IMG/VR virus record: IMGVR_UViG_3300035698_030196 | DNA: 64,000 bases | From: an uncultured virus (IMG/VR IMGVR_UViG_3300035698_030196) | Taxonomy: Duplodnaviria; Heunggongvirae; Uroviricota; Caudoviricetes | Direction: 5' to 3' (one strand) | Notes under the pieces: model-generated | What the model was told of the DNA's origin: nothing | The model's input: only the letters and a program-made list of their open reading frames with translations | The model's database searches: none | Part shown: positions 39,197 through 50,339 of the stretch, in pieces | Position numbering within the stretch: the first letter of the stretch is position 1 | Layout: each line of letters begins with the position of its first letter | Position numbers and translations under genes: made by a program

Positions 39197-39832
39197 TTAT
39201 ATTATATTAACTTTAACTTTTCTATTAATTAAAAGTTTTTCAAAATCATCTTTTCTAATAACTTTCTGATAGATCACATTAGCCTTTTCAATATTCTGTA
39301 GTACCCACTCAATACCACCATTCGAAGTTTGATAAATATAGCTATCATCACCATCTACTATTTCAATTATCTTAGAAGTTAATTTATCATAGAACTTTTT
39401 AATATCATTAACTTTATAAAGGCTAACATCTTCCCACTTTTCTAATGTATCATTCCATGTTTGTAGTAATAAATATTCTGGGTTTTGTAGCTCATTTGAG
39501 TCTGTTTTAAAAACAAACATATATTTACATGGCTTATTTAAAAAAGTAGCAAAGTCATCTGAAGATTGAACTTGTGATTTTTTCAAACCTAAACTTGAAA
39601 GTGAATTAATAAATTCGATATTTTTTGTTAGATAGCTTAAATCAAGATTATCAGAATATTGTTCTCTAGGTAAGTTCAAAGTATCAAATATATCTAACTC
39701 CTCCGCAGATATTGATGTTAGTAAAGCATCATGCCATATATTCATAGATTCCATTAAATCATAAACTTCCTGATATTCTAAATCAAATTTAATTGATTCT
39801 TTGTAAACATTGTATTTCTTTATATATTTCAT
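39197..39832 (-). CDS. Leader-bearing hypothetical protein
   Basis: MKYIKKYNVYKES. Confidence 0.7.
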   Translation of the reverse strand: MKYIKKYNVYKESIKFDLEYQEVYDLMESMNIWHDALLTSISAEELDIFDTLNLPREQYSDNLDLSYLTKNIEFINSLSSLGLKKSQVQSSDDFATFLNKPCKYMFVFKTDSNELQNPEYLLLQTWNDTLEKWEDVSLYKVNDIKKFYDKLTSKIIEIVDGDDSYIYQTSNGGIEWVLQNIEKANVIYQKVIRKDDFEKLLINRKVKVNII

Positions 39833-40617
39833 ATAACTTTATAGTATCTTTTTATATCATTTAAAATAGATTCGGTTAACTCAACTTTTATTTCACTGAA
39901 AAAGTAATCTAATCTATCAAAAATAACTTCTTTACCTCTTATAATATCACAATATTCAAATAATTCAAGAAATATATCCCTTTTAGATGGGGATATGAAA
40001 TATTTAGTAATTGAATCAATTGGGTTATTATTAAAATTAGCTTTATATAAAATAGCAGAACTACCTTTAAAAGAATCTAAAGACATTATTCGATTATTCG
40101 AAAATTCAAAAGTATTACCCTCAGTTGGCATTCCTAATAATGAATCTATTCGATTATTTGTGCAATTAAAAGTGTAACCGACTTTTTTCGGACCACCTAC
40201 TAATGTTGTTATTCTATTATTATAACACATAAAAGAATGACCTATTCTCTCAGGACTACCTTCTAAATTTTGAAGTATATTTATAGAACATTTATAATCA
40301 TAATCAACTTTTTTCGGACCACCTACTAATGATATTATCTCATTATTTGAACAATTAAAACTCCCTTCCAATACTTCTTCAGGTGATCCCTCTAAGCTAG
40401 TTAAATTATTATAAGAGCAATTAAATGTTCCAAAAATTTTATTAATTTTAACCGGTGGTAATTTAGTTATTTTCTTATTAACCATATTAATATTCTGATT
40501 AACATTAATTGACCCATCTATGTTAATAGTATAATTGTTAATTCTATATTCTTTACATATAGAATCTAAGTCATCTTTATTTTCGAATATACTAAATTCT
40601 TTTAAATGGTTCATCAT
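39829..40617 (-). CDS. Leader-bearing leucine-rich-repeat protein
   Basis: Repeated CS.N.L.SL.G.P..V units of about 22 aa; MMNHLKEFSIFEN. Confidence 0.8.
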   Translation of the reverse strand: MMNHLKEFSIFENKDDLDSICKEYRINNYTINIDGSINVNQNINMVNKKITKLPPVKINKIFGTFNCSYNNLTSLEGSPEEVLEGSFNCSNNEIISLVGGPKKVDYDYKCSINILQNLEGSPERIGHSFMCYNNRITTLVGGPKKVGYTFNCTNNRIDSLLGMPTEGNTFEFSNNRIMSLDSFKGSSAILYKANFNNNPIDSITKYFISPSKRDIFLELFEYCDIIRGKEVIFDRLDYFFSEIKVELTESILNDIKRYYKVI

Positions 40618-40644
40618 CTATAATTATATATTTAATTATGTATC

Positions 40645-41310
40645 TCATTTTATTATTGTATAATATTTACTTATTTCATGTATAAGATATTTATGTAAAG
40701 TAATCCCTATTTCTTCATAGAACCATATTAAACGATCGAGTATTACATTATCATCTTGTACAATATCACAATAGTTAAATAATTCAACCAATTCATCACG
40801 ATTTTCTTTTTCTATAAAACATTTAACCATTTTATAAATCGGATTTCCATATAATAGAAAATTATGACCATAGTTTGATTTTAATCTAGGATAGAATTCT
40901 AATGATTTTATTTTATTATATCTACAATTAATAAGTGTTATCACACTATCCAATTCATCTATTCCCTCTAATGATGTTAATTTATTGAAAGAACATATTA
41001 TTTGACCTCCTACTTTCCCAATACCTTTTAAAGAAGTTAGATTATTGTTACTACAATTAATACCACCACCTACTTCTTGAGGGAAATTATATAACGTTTC
41101 TAAATTATTATCAGAACAAATAAAACTACCAGTAACTATTCCAAATTTAATTGGTAAGAAAACCAATCTCTTATCCATTAAATTAACTTCACCATTAACA
41201 TCAATAGAGCCATTATTATTTATACTATAGTTAGTAATACCATAATTTTTACATATTGCTTCTATGGCAGAATCACTTTCAAATATTTTATATTTATTTA
41301 AATATTTCAT
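40645..41310 (-). CDS. Leader-bearing leucine-rich-repeat protein (paralog of 39829..40617)
   Basis: ICKNYGI.NY.IN.DGSI.V, CS.N.LTSL, ELF.YCDI..VI.DRL..F; MKYLNKYKIFES. Confidence 0.8.
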   Translation of the reverse strand: MKYLNKYKIFESDSAIEAICKNYGITNYSINNNGSIDVNGEVNLMDKRLVFLPIKFGIVTGSFICSDNNLETLYNFPQEVGGGINCSNNNLTSLKGIGKVGGQIICSFNKLTSLEGIDELDSVITLINCRYNKIKSLEFYPRLKSNYGHNFLLYGNPIYKMVKCFIEKENRDELVELFNYCDIVQDDNVILDRLIWFYEEIGITLHKYLIHEISKYYTIIK

Positions 41311-41332
41311 TTTCTAAATTTCGGTTAAATAT

Positions 41333-41350
41333 TTTTAATATATATTAAAA
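41333..41350. promoter_or_regulatory. Palindromic bidirectional TTTTAATATATATTAAAA motif
   Basis: Between divergent leader-bearing genes 41310(-) and 41367(+). Confidence 0.65.
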
Positions 41351-41366
41351 ACGAAATATAAAATCA

Positions 41367-42740
41367 ATGAAATGGTTAAAAGATTTTGAATTATTCAAAG
41401 AAAGTAAAACATACTCAAATAAAAACTTAATTGGTGAAATATGCACATCAATGATATTACTAAATAATGAATTTTTAGATAATATATTAGATAAAGGCTT
41501 AAAAGCTAGATATGAAAATTCTAGAATATTTTTAACTGACTTAAAAAATCTATTACTTTCTAAAAATAGATTACATTTAGGTAAATTTGTAGATGATAGA
41601 TGTGTAGAAGATGAAGAGATATCAAAAGTAAATGAATTATTTGATGGTGTTACCTTCGATATGGAAAAAGATATTAAAATTTTGATAAACGCTAGAAAGA
41701 CTGCAAGAAGTATAATTGATAAGTTAGTTCCAGATGGTAAATTAGTTCCTGATCAAATAAAATCAATATTCTGGTTAGGCCCTAACAAAGAAGGTGATTT
41801 CCAAGAAGATATTGTAATAGAATTAAATAATGGTAACCAATTTTCATTCTTTTTGAATAAGAATCTATCAACAACAAAAACGGCTTCTTTCAATAAATTT
41901 GCGGATGAGTTAATTGGTTCTGATATTGAGAAATTGTTTGGTGATGATTACTTACCAAAATGGAATAAATTAACACAAGAATGGGTTAGAATAGTTTATG
42001 AGAATGTTAATAAAAATATACAAGCTCACATTGAGAAGTTCATAGACGCTAATAGAATAGGCACAATCAGTTATTTTGACTACTTTGATGTCAAGCACAA
42101 CGACCCGAAATTCAAGCATCTGGGTGAGTTTATGAAAGAATTGGATAGAAATATTTTAAAATTATCTGATTTACTATCTGAAATCTGGAAGAAGAGAGAA
42201 GATTTGTTCATTGATTTAGAAAGAGTAGAAAAGGAATGGTATGAAACTAAAGTTGTTATTCTAAATTCTAAAATCTTAGAAAACCTTTTAACATCATCTT
42301 TAAAATACAATTTCGCAGATTATATTGAGAAAACTGATGGTGACTACAAGAAAGCTATTGGTACTATTAAGATGAAACTTTTCAAGACGATAGTAGAAAA
42401 GATGGGTTCATTAGAAAGAAATGTATATTATGTTAGTAAAAATGGTGATAACTTTAATTTAGTCCCTTCTAGAGACTTCTTTAGAAAATATTATGATGAC
42501 TTAGATATACTTTTTGATTATCATGTCAAGTTAGTTGTTAATGATGAAGAGGAAGAGAATGATTTTATCATCAAAATACAATTACAAATGGATGGTGAGA
42601 CTCTTATCGACACACTGATAAATGTTAAATTTACTGGTGGTGAAATGTCTGGTAAGTTATCTGCTAAGTATAAGTTTGAATTAGCATCTGAATTTAATTA
42701 CTTAATTTCAACAAAGAAGCGCACAGAAGAATCTGTTTAA
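41367..42740 (+). CDS. Leader-bearing hypothetical protein
   Basis: MKWLKDFELFKES; 457-aa ORF. Confidence 0.75.
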   Translation: MKWLKDFELFKESKTYSNKNLIGEICTSMILLNNEFLDNILDKGLKARYENSRIFLTDLKNLLLSKNRLHLGKFVDDRCVEDEEISKVNELFDGVTFDMEKDIKILINARKTARSIIDKLVPDGKLVPDQIKSIFWLGPNKEGDFQEDIVIELNNGNQFSFFLNKNLSTTKTASFNKFADELIGSDIEKLFGDDYLPKWNKLTQEWVRIVYENVNKNIQAHIEKFIDANRIGTISYFDYFDVKHNDPKFKHLGEFMKELDRNILKLSDLLSEIWKKREDLFIDLERVEKEWYETKVVILNSKILENLLTSSLKYNFADYIEKTDGDYKKAIGTIKMKLFKTIVEKMGSLERNVYYVSKNGDNFNLVPSRDFFRKYYDDLDILFDYHVKLVVNDEEEENDFIIKIQLQMDGETLIDTLINVKFTGGEMSGKLSAKYKFELASEFNYLISTKKRTEESV

Positions 42741-43904
42741 TTATTTCATATTAGCTAATAATGATGCAGTGATTTCAGCAGTTGCACATTTACTTAGTCT
42801 ATCTATAATAACAGTTGTTAATCCATTAGTACCAGTTCCTACAGTATCATCTACAGGCACTCCTTCGTTAACTGTTGCTGCTGGTGGAACTGCTAGTGTT
42901 CCTGTTAACCCCGATACAGGGCCATAAACAGTATCTTTTCTAACATCTGCTTCAGTTGGCATTCCTGTTACTGCGATTTCTGCTACTAAGTATTGAGAAG
43001 TTCCTCCAAAATCAGAAAATTCCCACTCTGTTGTTGGTGTTACATTTAGGAATAGCTTAGGAGAATGTATTGCCATAACACCTAATTCATTATAAACATT
43101 TCCTTCATAAATTATAACTGAGGTTGGTTGACTATTATAAATAGCTGCAACACTATTGCCATATGCGTTTCCATTTATAATCATATTAGTATTTGTTCCG
43201 GAATTATAAACGGAATACGCTGAATTTGCAATTTGATTTCCAGTTATATTAAATATTACACTGGATTCAGAATTACTGATTCCAACACTATCAATAATCC
43301 CACTACCACCAATTTGATTTCCGGTTACGTTAAATTCTGCATCAGCTACAACATTTTCTACTCCAGTAGATTTTATTGTACCACCACCGCCAATTTGATT
43401 TCCAGTTATATTAACAAGTAATCCATTATAATTTATAAACCCATAATTGAATCCACTAATACCTGCTATTTGATTTCCTATTAGATTAACATCATACGTA
43501 CTATAATTAGTACATCCGGATGCATAATAAATAACATTCCCACCAGTAATATTACCGATATGTGTCCATATATTAGTATGAGTAGATAATCTAGATACAC
43601 AAGAACGTAATGTCGTCGCCGTGCCTGATTGAGATATGTCTGCACCATAAATATCTCCTTGAGTTGTTATCTCTAATGTACCATCTATTTGAAATTGACC
43701 ACCTCTTAATATATTAGTAGCAATTTTTTTATAAAAGTTATTACAACTCACATTAGACAAAATAGTAACTATATGAGAATTGCTATATACATCATCACTA
43801 ACTCCAGGTAAAACAGTAGATGCTACAAAACTACCTGTTCCATCATCTTCCCAAGTTGCTAAATCACTCCAATTTCCGTCTACTATTGCTTTATAATTTG
43901 CCAT
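42741..43904 (-). CDS. Putative tail-fibre/receptor-binding beta-helix protein
   Basis: GNWS...W..LP...DDVY start, repeated NITGNQIG, C-terminal LTGTLAVP module. Confidence 0.6.
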   Translation of the reverse strand: MANYKAIVDGNWSDLATWEDDGTGSFVASTVLPGVSDDVYSNSHIVTILSNVSCNNFYKKIATNILRGGQFQIDGTLEITTQGDIYGADISQSGTATTLRSCVSRLSTHTNIWTHIGNITGGNVIYYASGCTNYSTYDVNLIGNQIAGISGFNYGFINYNGLLVNITGNQIGGGGTIKSTGVENVVADAEFNVTGNQIGGSGIIDSVGISNSESSVIFNITGNQIANSAYSVYNSGTNTNMIINGNAYGNSVAAIYNSQPTSVIIYEGNVYNELGVMAIHSPKLFLNVTPTTEWEFSDFGGTSQYLVAEIAVTGMPTEADVRKDTVYGPVSGLTGTLAVPPAATVNEGVPVDDTVGTGTNGLTTVIIDRLSKCATAEITASLLANMK

Positions 43905-43919
43905 TTCTTAATTTTTATT

Positions 43920-45161
43920 TTATGAATAACTTGCAGTTAGATGATTATCCCAACTATCAGTAGCGTATGTTTCACTTGTTATTGAGCCATCTATTGCAAG
44001 TACTATTTTTGTTAAATTCCACACTGTCGAACTATCTAAAGTTCCTACTGGTGCAGTTCCTAAATACATCAAGTCTGGAGGGCCTGTCATGTAATCATAT
44101 CTCTTATCATTATAAGGAATTAACTCAGCAGGTGCTCCGTTATAAGAAGCAATTTGTTGTCCTGTTATTGCGACTGTTGAACAATTCTCTAATCTTGATA
44201 TTATATCACCACTTAATTCATAAGTACCAATTGTGTCATCAGTAGGGACTCCTTTGTTAACTAAACTCGGATCAGGTACTGCTAATGTCCCAGTTAATGT
44301 TGCTGAAGCATAATCGGTTCCTAATCTTACATTCTCTTCTCCTGGTTGGTCAAACGCATCTGCTGAATAAATATCAAAAGAATTTGCACCTGTTTCTATT
44401 GATATTACTATTGGTTCATTAAAGTTATGAAGAATTCTACCCGTAGTGTAGGAACCAATACTACCCTCACCATCAACTATATAATAAACACCTGATATAG
44501 TAGCAGTTATACTATTTGCTCTTGAAGTTGCTGCAAATACAGCAGTTCTTTTTGCAAGTCCTATCATATTTAAACTATTGAAATAACCAATTGCAGGTAT
44601 AGTTGCTGATGGATATAAAGCACCTATTAAATCTACATATAGATATGCTACTGTGCTGGCAACTAAACCATAAGCATTTGTTGTTGAAATAACATCACCT
44701 ATCATTGTTACATTACAAGCGCCATAAGTTTGTGCGTGTTGAAATCCGTGTGCATTTAATTCTGTTCCAGCGTAAATGTTTCCAGTGATGTTAAAATAGC
44801 AAGGATTTCCTCCAAGATTTTTTAAACCTATCATTGAAGGTGTAGTATTACTGCCATATATATTACCAATTATAGTCATCAATTTATTGGTTGCTGATGA
44901 GTGAGTTACACAAATAGAAGAACCTGCAACAATATCACATATTAAGGTGAATTGAACATTGGTATAATTAAAACCACCTCCACCAACACTTGTAGTAGGA
45001 CAAACTTCTGTACTTATTTTTGTTACCTCAATGTCTTGGTCTAATGTTACAGTAAATCCGTTAGCATATACATCATCACCGACTGTTGGTAATGATACTC
45101 CACCATCCCAAGTTCCTACTGCTGACCAATTTCCTGATGCTATTGCGTATCGTATTGCCAT
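43920..45161 (-). CDS. Putative tail-fibre/receptor-binding protein, paralog of 42741..43904
   Basis: Same N-terminus and LTGTLAVP module, plus an extra C-terminal module shared with 45360..47303. Confidence 0.6.
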   Translation of the reverse strand: MAIRYAIASGNWSAVGTWDGGVSLPTVGDDVYANGFTVTLDQDIEVTKISTEVCPTTSVGGGGFNYTNVQFTLICDIVAGSSICVTHSSATNKLMTIIGNIYGSNTTPSMIGLKNLGGNPCYFNITGNIYAGTELNAHGFQHAQTYGACNVTMIGDVISTTNAYGLVASTVAYLYVDLIGALYPSATIPAIGYFNSLNMIGLAKRTAVFAATSRANSITATISGVYYIVDGEGSIGSYTTGRILHNFNEPIVISIETGANSFDIYSADAFDQPGEENVRLGTDYASATLTGTLAVPDPSLVNKGVPTDDTIGTYELSGDIISRLENCSTVAITGQQIASYNGAPAELIPYNDKRYDYMTGPPDLMYLGTAPVGTLDSSTVWNLTKIVLAIDGSITSETYATDSWDNHLTASYS

Positions 45162-45163
45162 AA

Positions 45164-45343
45164 TTAATCTTTATAATTTTCAAGAAGTTGTTCTAAGTCA
45201 AGTACAAATTGTGTATCTTTTGTAGCTAAATTATCAACTGATTTTACCTTAATAAATTTAGTCCCATCTTCATTTAAACAATTTACAATTAAGTTAGGTT
45301 CGCCTTCGTCGTTCTTTGTGATGTTAATAATTATCTGTTTCAT
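45164..45343 (-). CDS. Small hypothetical protein (59 aa; not in ORF track)
   Basis: MKQIIINITKNDEGEPNLIVNC...; fills the gap in the fibre gene run. Confidence 0.6.
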   Translation of the reverse strand: MKQIIINITKNDEGEPNLIVNCLNEDGTKFIKVKSVDNLATKDTQFVLDLEQLLENYKD

Positions 45344-45359
45344 TTTTCAATATTTTTTT

Positions 45360-47303
45360 TTATAATGCAGCTCTATTTGACCATTGCCAATTCTCAGTTG
45401 TAACACTTGAAGTTATGACACCGGCTGCTGTTGTTGTTATTTTTGTTATAGTCCAAACTGCATCTGTTTCTAAACTACCAGTAACTGCATATCCATTATA
45501 AGATACTAATGTATCATAATCTGCTCGTCGTATATATATAATAGCATTTAGACCATCAGAACCTGTTGCACCAGTTGCACCAATCGGACCTGTATCGCCA
45601 GTTAATCCAATCGAACCCGTTGCACCAGTTAATCCAATCGGACCTGTATCGCCAGTTAATCCAATCGGACCTGTATCGCCAGTTAATCCAATCGAACCCG
45701 TTGCACCAGTTAATCCAATCGAACCCGTTGCACCAGTAGGACCTGTATCGCCAGTATTTCCGGTTGAACCTGTTGCACCGACAGGACCAACTGTGCCAAT
45801 TCCATCATTTCCACTTCTACCCGACTTACCTCTTGATGGTTTTTTAGTATCTGTTCCATTTACATACCAATTTCCATTTTCACCGATATAAGGTGTATAA
45901 CCATTTGCACCTGATTTACCAGATATTGATCTAGATTTTGGTGTAGATATAGCAGAAGATGTAGGTGAAACTTTTATTGTGCTTGAGCTTCTATTTGTGA
46001 TTGCTGTTGAGTCAGAACTATTCACCGTCTCAGTACTTCTATTATTTGAAATTACTGGCGATAAATCAGATTCTGAATCATCATTAACAAACTGTGCATC
46101 TGATGAAAAAACAATTTCGTATTGAGATCTAAGACCATCTACTTCATCACTAGTTAATCCTGATAAAATTTCACCATTTGGTAATTCTACATCATAAACT
46201 AATATTTCTTCCTCAAATTCTGATTCCTTAATATTAGTTAGTTCTTTCAAATCATCATTCACTTTAGTTAAACTGTCTAACTGTGATAAAGCATCATCAA
46301 TTTCTTTCTGTGATTTATCAGTTCTTTTCATTGCCCTAGTCTTACTCTCTGGGTCAGTGATTATATAATCATCTAATAATGATTTTACCTCATCAACATC
46401 ATCTTCATCAACTTTACTAAAATCATTCTTTGGTAGATATTTTAATTTTCTTAATTTTCTTGACCTTTGCTTAATTCTTTTAGCTTCTTTCTCAGGACTC
46501 ATATTATCTTTTAAACCATCGGTTGCTAATTTAATAACTGCATCAATTTTACCTGTAAAATTAAAGACTGTAGTGTTTAAAATTTTATAAGTAGCATTTA
46601 AAATACCCGTTACTTTATCTGTATTACTCGGTGAACAAACCAATCCAATATCTTTAAAATAAATGAATGTGCTTTTAACATCATTACTTTTTGATTTTAA
46701 TGTCTTTAATGTCATAACTACATTAAGCATTAATGTTATCATACCTGGTACATTAAATGAAAATGGTGATAATAATAGAATTGAGCCAGGGATAGATTGT
46801 GTTAAACTAATACCTGAAATAGCAACTTCTTCTAATAGTTCCTTAGTTTTTCTAACAAATTCTGTTGATTTCTCAAGTAATATTGTTTTTATTTCTTCTA
46901 CACCACCATAAAGATAATCTGTTTTTGAAATTAATCCATTTGATAATGATTTTTTAGAATCATCTATTACTTTAGATATCTCATTTTTTTTATAAGGTGT
47001 ATCACCCTCGTTTTTTAAGTCATCTAATTCACTTGAAAGTGTTTTCTTTGAATCAGCAACTACTTTATTAATTTCACTTTTCTTATCATCTAATTCACTT
47101 AATGAATTCTTAGAATTCTCTTTAAAGCCATCTATTAATAGGTCTGCGTCCTCTTTTGATAGGTTTGGACTTCTAGTTAATAGAATATTCTTAGCTATTT
47201 CTGAATCTGGTAAGAAGTAGTTCTTTAAGTCAAAACCAGGTGCAGACATTTCTGATTTAACTGATTCAATATTTTTTAATAATTTATCTAAATTTGATGA
47301 CAT
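45360..47303 (-). CDS. Modular structural protein with collagen-like Gly-X-Y repeats
   Basis: Helical N-terminus, Ser-rich linker, [12 protein letters not shown] motif, GATG/GDTG triplets. Confidence 0.7.
   Translation of the reverse strand: MSSNLDKLLKNIESVKSEMSAPGFDLKNYFLPDSEIAKNILLTRSPNLSKEDADLLIDGFKENSKNSLSELDDKKSEINKVVADSKKTLSSELDDLKNEGDTPYKKNEISKVIDDSKKSLSNGLISKTDYLYGGVEEIKTILLEKSTEFVRKTKELLEEVAISGISLTQSIPGSILLLSPFSFNVPGMITLMLNVVMTLKTLKSKSNDVKSTFIYFKDIGLVCSPSNTDKVTGILNATYKILNTTVFNFTGKIDAVIKLATDGLKDNMSPEKEAKRIKQRSRKLRKLKYLPKNDFSKVDEDDVDEVKSLLDDYIITDPESKTRAMKRTDKSQKEIDDALSQLDSLTKVNDDLKELTNIKESEFEEEILVYDVELPNGEILSGLTSDEVDGLRSQYEIVFSSDAQFVNDDSESDLSPVISNNRSTETVNSSDSTAITNRSSSTIKVSPTSSAISTPKSRSISGKSGANGYTPYIGENGNWYVNGTDTKKPSRGKSGRSGNDGIGTVGPVGATGSTGNTGDTGPTGATGSIGLTGATGSIGLTGDTGPIGLTGDTGPIGLTGATGSIGLTGDTGPIGATGATGSDGLNAIIYIRRADYDTLVSYNGYAVTGSLETDAVWTITKITTTAAGVITSSVTTENWQWSNRAAL
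45555..45800 (-). repeat. 27-bp-period tandem repeats encoding collagen-like triplets
   Basis: Alternating CCAGTTAATCCAATCGAACCCGTTGCA / CCAGTTAATCCAATCGGACCTGTATCG units. Confidence 0.85.
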
Positions 47304-47387
47304 ATCACTATATATTTAAATATGTTAACTCTATTTAAAAACATTTGTGTTAAATTTGAATAGAATATCAAAACTAAATAAAATATT

Positions 47388-47606
47388 ATGCCAAAATCTA
47401 AAAAAAGAAAAAATCACAAGAAAAAACTAGCGAATAGAAATAAAATAATTAACGAACAAACTGCTGGAGTTGAGAAAATGAAAAGACAATTTTTGAATGA
47501 TTTGATTAAGAAAGAACAAGAAAGCGGTGCGTTTGATAACACATCTTCAGTTAGTGGTGACGACTCTAATACAGATAATCTGGAATTAGAAGGGCCACAA
47601 ATTTAA
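47388..47606 (+). CDS. Small protein with basic N-terminus
   Basis: MPKSKKRKNHKKK; TAAATTTG at 47351-47358. Confidence 0.65.
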   Translation: MPKSKKRKNHKKKLANRNKIINEQTAGVEKMKRQFLNDLIKKEQESGAFDNTSSVSGDDSNTDNLELEGPQI

Positions 47607-47609
47607 ATT

Positions 47610-47798
47610 CTATATTAAAGGTTTTAACTTAGTATTGTTAACTTCTATGGTTAAAGCCTTTGATATTCTTGATGTTAAGAATTTTCGTGCTAGTTCGGCT
47701 TCATTTTGTGAGTTAGATTTATTATTAAATTCACACGTTATCAAGTACCAATTGGCTAGTAATATAGAATTAATTATTTCTTTATTTTTCTTTTCCAT
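47610..47798 (-). CDS. Small hypothetical protein
   Basis: 62-aa ORF filling the gap. Confidence 0.4.
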   Translation of the reverse strand: MEKKNKEIINSILLANWYLITCEFNNKSNSQNEAELARKFLTSRISKALTIEVNNTKLKPLI

Positions 47799-47848
47799 TT
47801 TTATTAAACATTTCTAAATATATATATAAAATTAAAAAACCAATTTTT

Positions 47849-48892
47849 ATGAATTTAAACATAAATAAAGATGATTCCGAGATAAATGATTTTCTAATTT
47901 GTTGGGAAATATTCGGAAAACGTCCAAATAAAATATTATTACACAATGCATATTCTACAGAACCATTGAAGGATAGCTTAAATTTAGTTAGTATTAATAC
48001 ATTTACTGAAATAATACCATCTGGTAACGAATATCTCGTCAATAACAAGACACTATCTAAAGTAGATGATGATATTTATGTATCACACATTACTATTAAT
48101 GCAACTAAACCAGACTCAATGGCTAGTGAAGTTACATTCTTTTATAAGAATAGTGAAGATATATCAAAAATTGAAGATTTGATAAATCAAGTAGAAGAAT
48201 ATGTTATTGATTATGAATGTGGTGTAGAAAAACATAAATTAAATGGTCTCATAATAACAAATAGTGCATTGGATGTTGAAGGTATTGATTTAGATTTAGA
48301 TATAGATGATATAGATTTCTACTATAACAATTCTACAATGAAAAGTATAAATAAATTCATAAAGACTATTAAGAAAACTAATAAAGGATTAAGCATTTTT
48401 TATGGTAATAAAGGCACTGGTAAAACATCCGTATTAAAGTATTTAAGTGAGAAGTTGGTAGAAAATACAATAATTTATATACCCAATTCACTAATTGAAA
48501 GTTCTATACACAACCCAGATTTCGGCAAATTCTTAAAAGAATTCAATAATCTTATTATAGTCTTAGATGATTGTGAATTTCTATTTACCGACTTCCCAAT
48601 GTCAAATATATTAACAAGTAACCTATTACAACTAGTAGAGGGATTAAATAACAATGAGTTAAATATAATAACTATATTTAATACAGATGATATTAAAAAT
48701 ATTGATGATGATATTCTTGAATGTAATTGTTTTGTTGATAAAGTATATTTTGATGACTTATCAGTAGATGAAGCAAATCATTTAGCAACTCACTTGGGAT
48801 TTAAACCTAAATATAAAAACAATACTGAATTAAATAATATAATAAAGAATAGGAAAGAAGAAATATCAAATAAAAAATTAGGATTTGAATAA
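47849..48892 (+). CDS. AAA+ ATPase
   Basis: Walker A GNKGTGKT, Walker B IVLDDCE, NLLQLVEG, TIFN. Confidence 0.8.
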   Translation: MNLNINKDDSEINDFLICWEIFGKRPNKILLHNAYSTEPLKDSLNLVSINTFTEIIPSGNEYLVNNKTLSKVDDDIYVSHITINATKPDSMASEVTFFYKNSEDISKIEDLINQVEEYVIDYECGVEKHKLNGLIITNSALDVEGIDLDLDIDDIDFYYNNSTMKSINKFIKTIKKTNKGLSIFYGNKGTGKTSVLKYLSEKLVENTIIYIPNSLIESSIHNPDFGKFLKEFNNLIIVLDDCEFLFTDFPMSNILTSNLLQLVEGLNNNELNIITIFNTDDIKNIDDDILECNCFVDKVYFDDLSVDEANHLATHLGFKPKYKNNTELNNIIKNRKEEISNKKLGFE

Positions 48893-48905
48893 AAATATAT
48901 AGTAT

Positions 48906-49241
48906 ATGATGATATCAGAATTAAATGATGAGGAAATATTAGATTTTTTAATGACTTCTGACTTCGAAGAAGAATATAGTCCAAAAGAGTTAAAATATTT
49001 TTTACTCAAATGGAGATTTTTCTATCGAGTTATTTATGGTAAGTTAGAGAATACTAAAGTTAGTAATGAATTTGAAATAAAGGAGTTAAAGGAACAATTA
49101 GAAAGCATTAAGAACTCTTTAATCAGAGAGCAATTCATTAATACACAAAAAGAAGATACTATCAATAGTATGAAGACAAGAAAGTTAACCTTTAAAGAAA
49201 GATTAACAGGTAAAATAATTTTAAAAAATGAAGATAAGTGA
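48906..49241 (+). CDS. Hypothetical coiled-coil protein
   Basis: 111-aa ORF. Confidence 0.6.
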   Translation: MMISELNDEEILDFLMTSDFEEEYSPKELKYFLLKWRFFYRVIYGKLENTKVSNEFEIKELKEQLESIKNSLIREQFINTQKEDTINSMKTRKLTFKERLTGKIILKNEDK

Positions 49242-50331
49242 ATATAAAAAATTAGAAAAAAGGATAAAAGGATATAACTTTAATAAAAGTTATGGTAATA
49301 TCAATAAGATAATGATAATTTTATCTTATTTTGGTAACCTTGCATCAATATTTTTGGCATTCTTTTTCATGTCCAAGATATTATCTAGTGCAATTGAGAA
49401 CCAAATTGTTATATTTTTATCAAGTATAATTATATTAGGCGGTCTAGAATTGCTAAAAAGAGATATTTTCGACAAATTATCTATTCAATCCCTAAAAGAT
49501 AAAGGGATATCAAGGGCAGTTGCACCAATATTAATAATCAGTATGTTATTAATCGGTGGTTCTTTCTATTCATCACTTAACGGTGCAAAAGAGTTTTCTT
49601 CAAAATCTAATGCTATTGAGTTAAAAACCGATGAAAATATTCAAGTCTATAGTGATAGTATAACTTTAATCTATGATGGTAAGATAGTTGGTTTCGAAAC
49701 ACAAAATTCAGAATTATTTGAATCAAATAAACTTTTAGATGAGGAAGCTAGAGAATTACCAGCAGGTTGGGTTAATAGTAAGAATCAAATAAGGGAAAGA
49801 ATTGATATAAATAATATACAGATAGATAAAAATAAAGAGGACATAGCACAATTAAAAGAAGAAAGGGATGTTAAGATAGGTGAGTATGAATCAAAAACAT
49901 CTGAGAAGAGTGAATCGGAGAAGAGTGAAAATAATAAAAGTTCTTTTATATTCATAATGTTATCTACACTTATTGAATTAGTTATTCTTGGTGGTATCTA
50001 TTTTAGTGAATATTATAAATTTAGATCATATAAGGAAATGAGAAATGTTATTGAAAAAGATCCTAATTATCAAAAATGGTTACTATATGATGGAATATTA
50101 TCTATAATAATAACAGATGATACTAAAATGAACGAAAAATTACCATCTAACAAAGCAATAATTGATATATGTAAATCGAATTCATTGATTGTACTACCTC
50201 GTGATTTAACTGAATTTACACATATGCTAAGATATATAGGCATTATTAAGATAAGTGGTTCGGCAAAATACTTTATTAAACAAAAAGAAGCGTCGTTTGA
50301 TATGCTAAGAAGACATTTTAATATAGAATAA
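49228..50331 (+). CDS. Multi-pass membrane protein with coiled-coil loop
   Basis: Three N-terminal hydrophobic segments, coiled coil, a fourth hydrophobic segment. Confidence 0.7.
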   Translation: MKISEYKKLEKRIKGYNFNKSYGNINKIMIILSYFGNLASIFLAFFFMSKILSSAIENQIVIFLSSIIILGGLELLKRDIFDKLSIQSLKDKGISRAVAPILIISMLLIGGSFYSSLNGAKEFSSKSNAIELKTDENIQVYSDSITLIYDGKIVGFETQNSELFESNKLLDEEARELPAGWVNSKNQIRERIDINNIQIDKNKEDIAQLKEERDVKIGEYESKTSEKSESEKSENNKSSFIFIMLSTLIELVILGGIYFSEYYKFRSYKEMRNVIEKDPNYQKWLLYDGILSIIITDDTKMNEKLPSNKAIIDICKSNSLIVLPRDLTEFTHMLRYIGIIKISGSAKYFIKQKEASFDMLRRHFNIE

Positions 50332-50339
50332 TACTTTTA

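Noticed and set aside
43230..43490. Repeated ATTTGATTTCC motifs in the fibre gene as DGR variable/template repeats
   Set aside because: They encode the recurring GNQI beta-helix turn; flanks differ at all base types
45555..45800. 27-bp periodic repeats as a possible CRISPR array or DGR template
   Set aside because: Fully explained by Gly-X-Y coding; no unique spacers, no adenine-specific variant copy, no reverse transcriptase in the window
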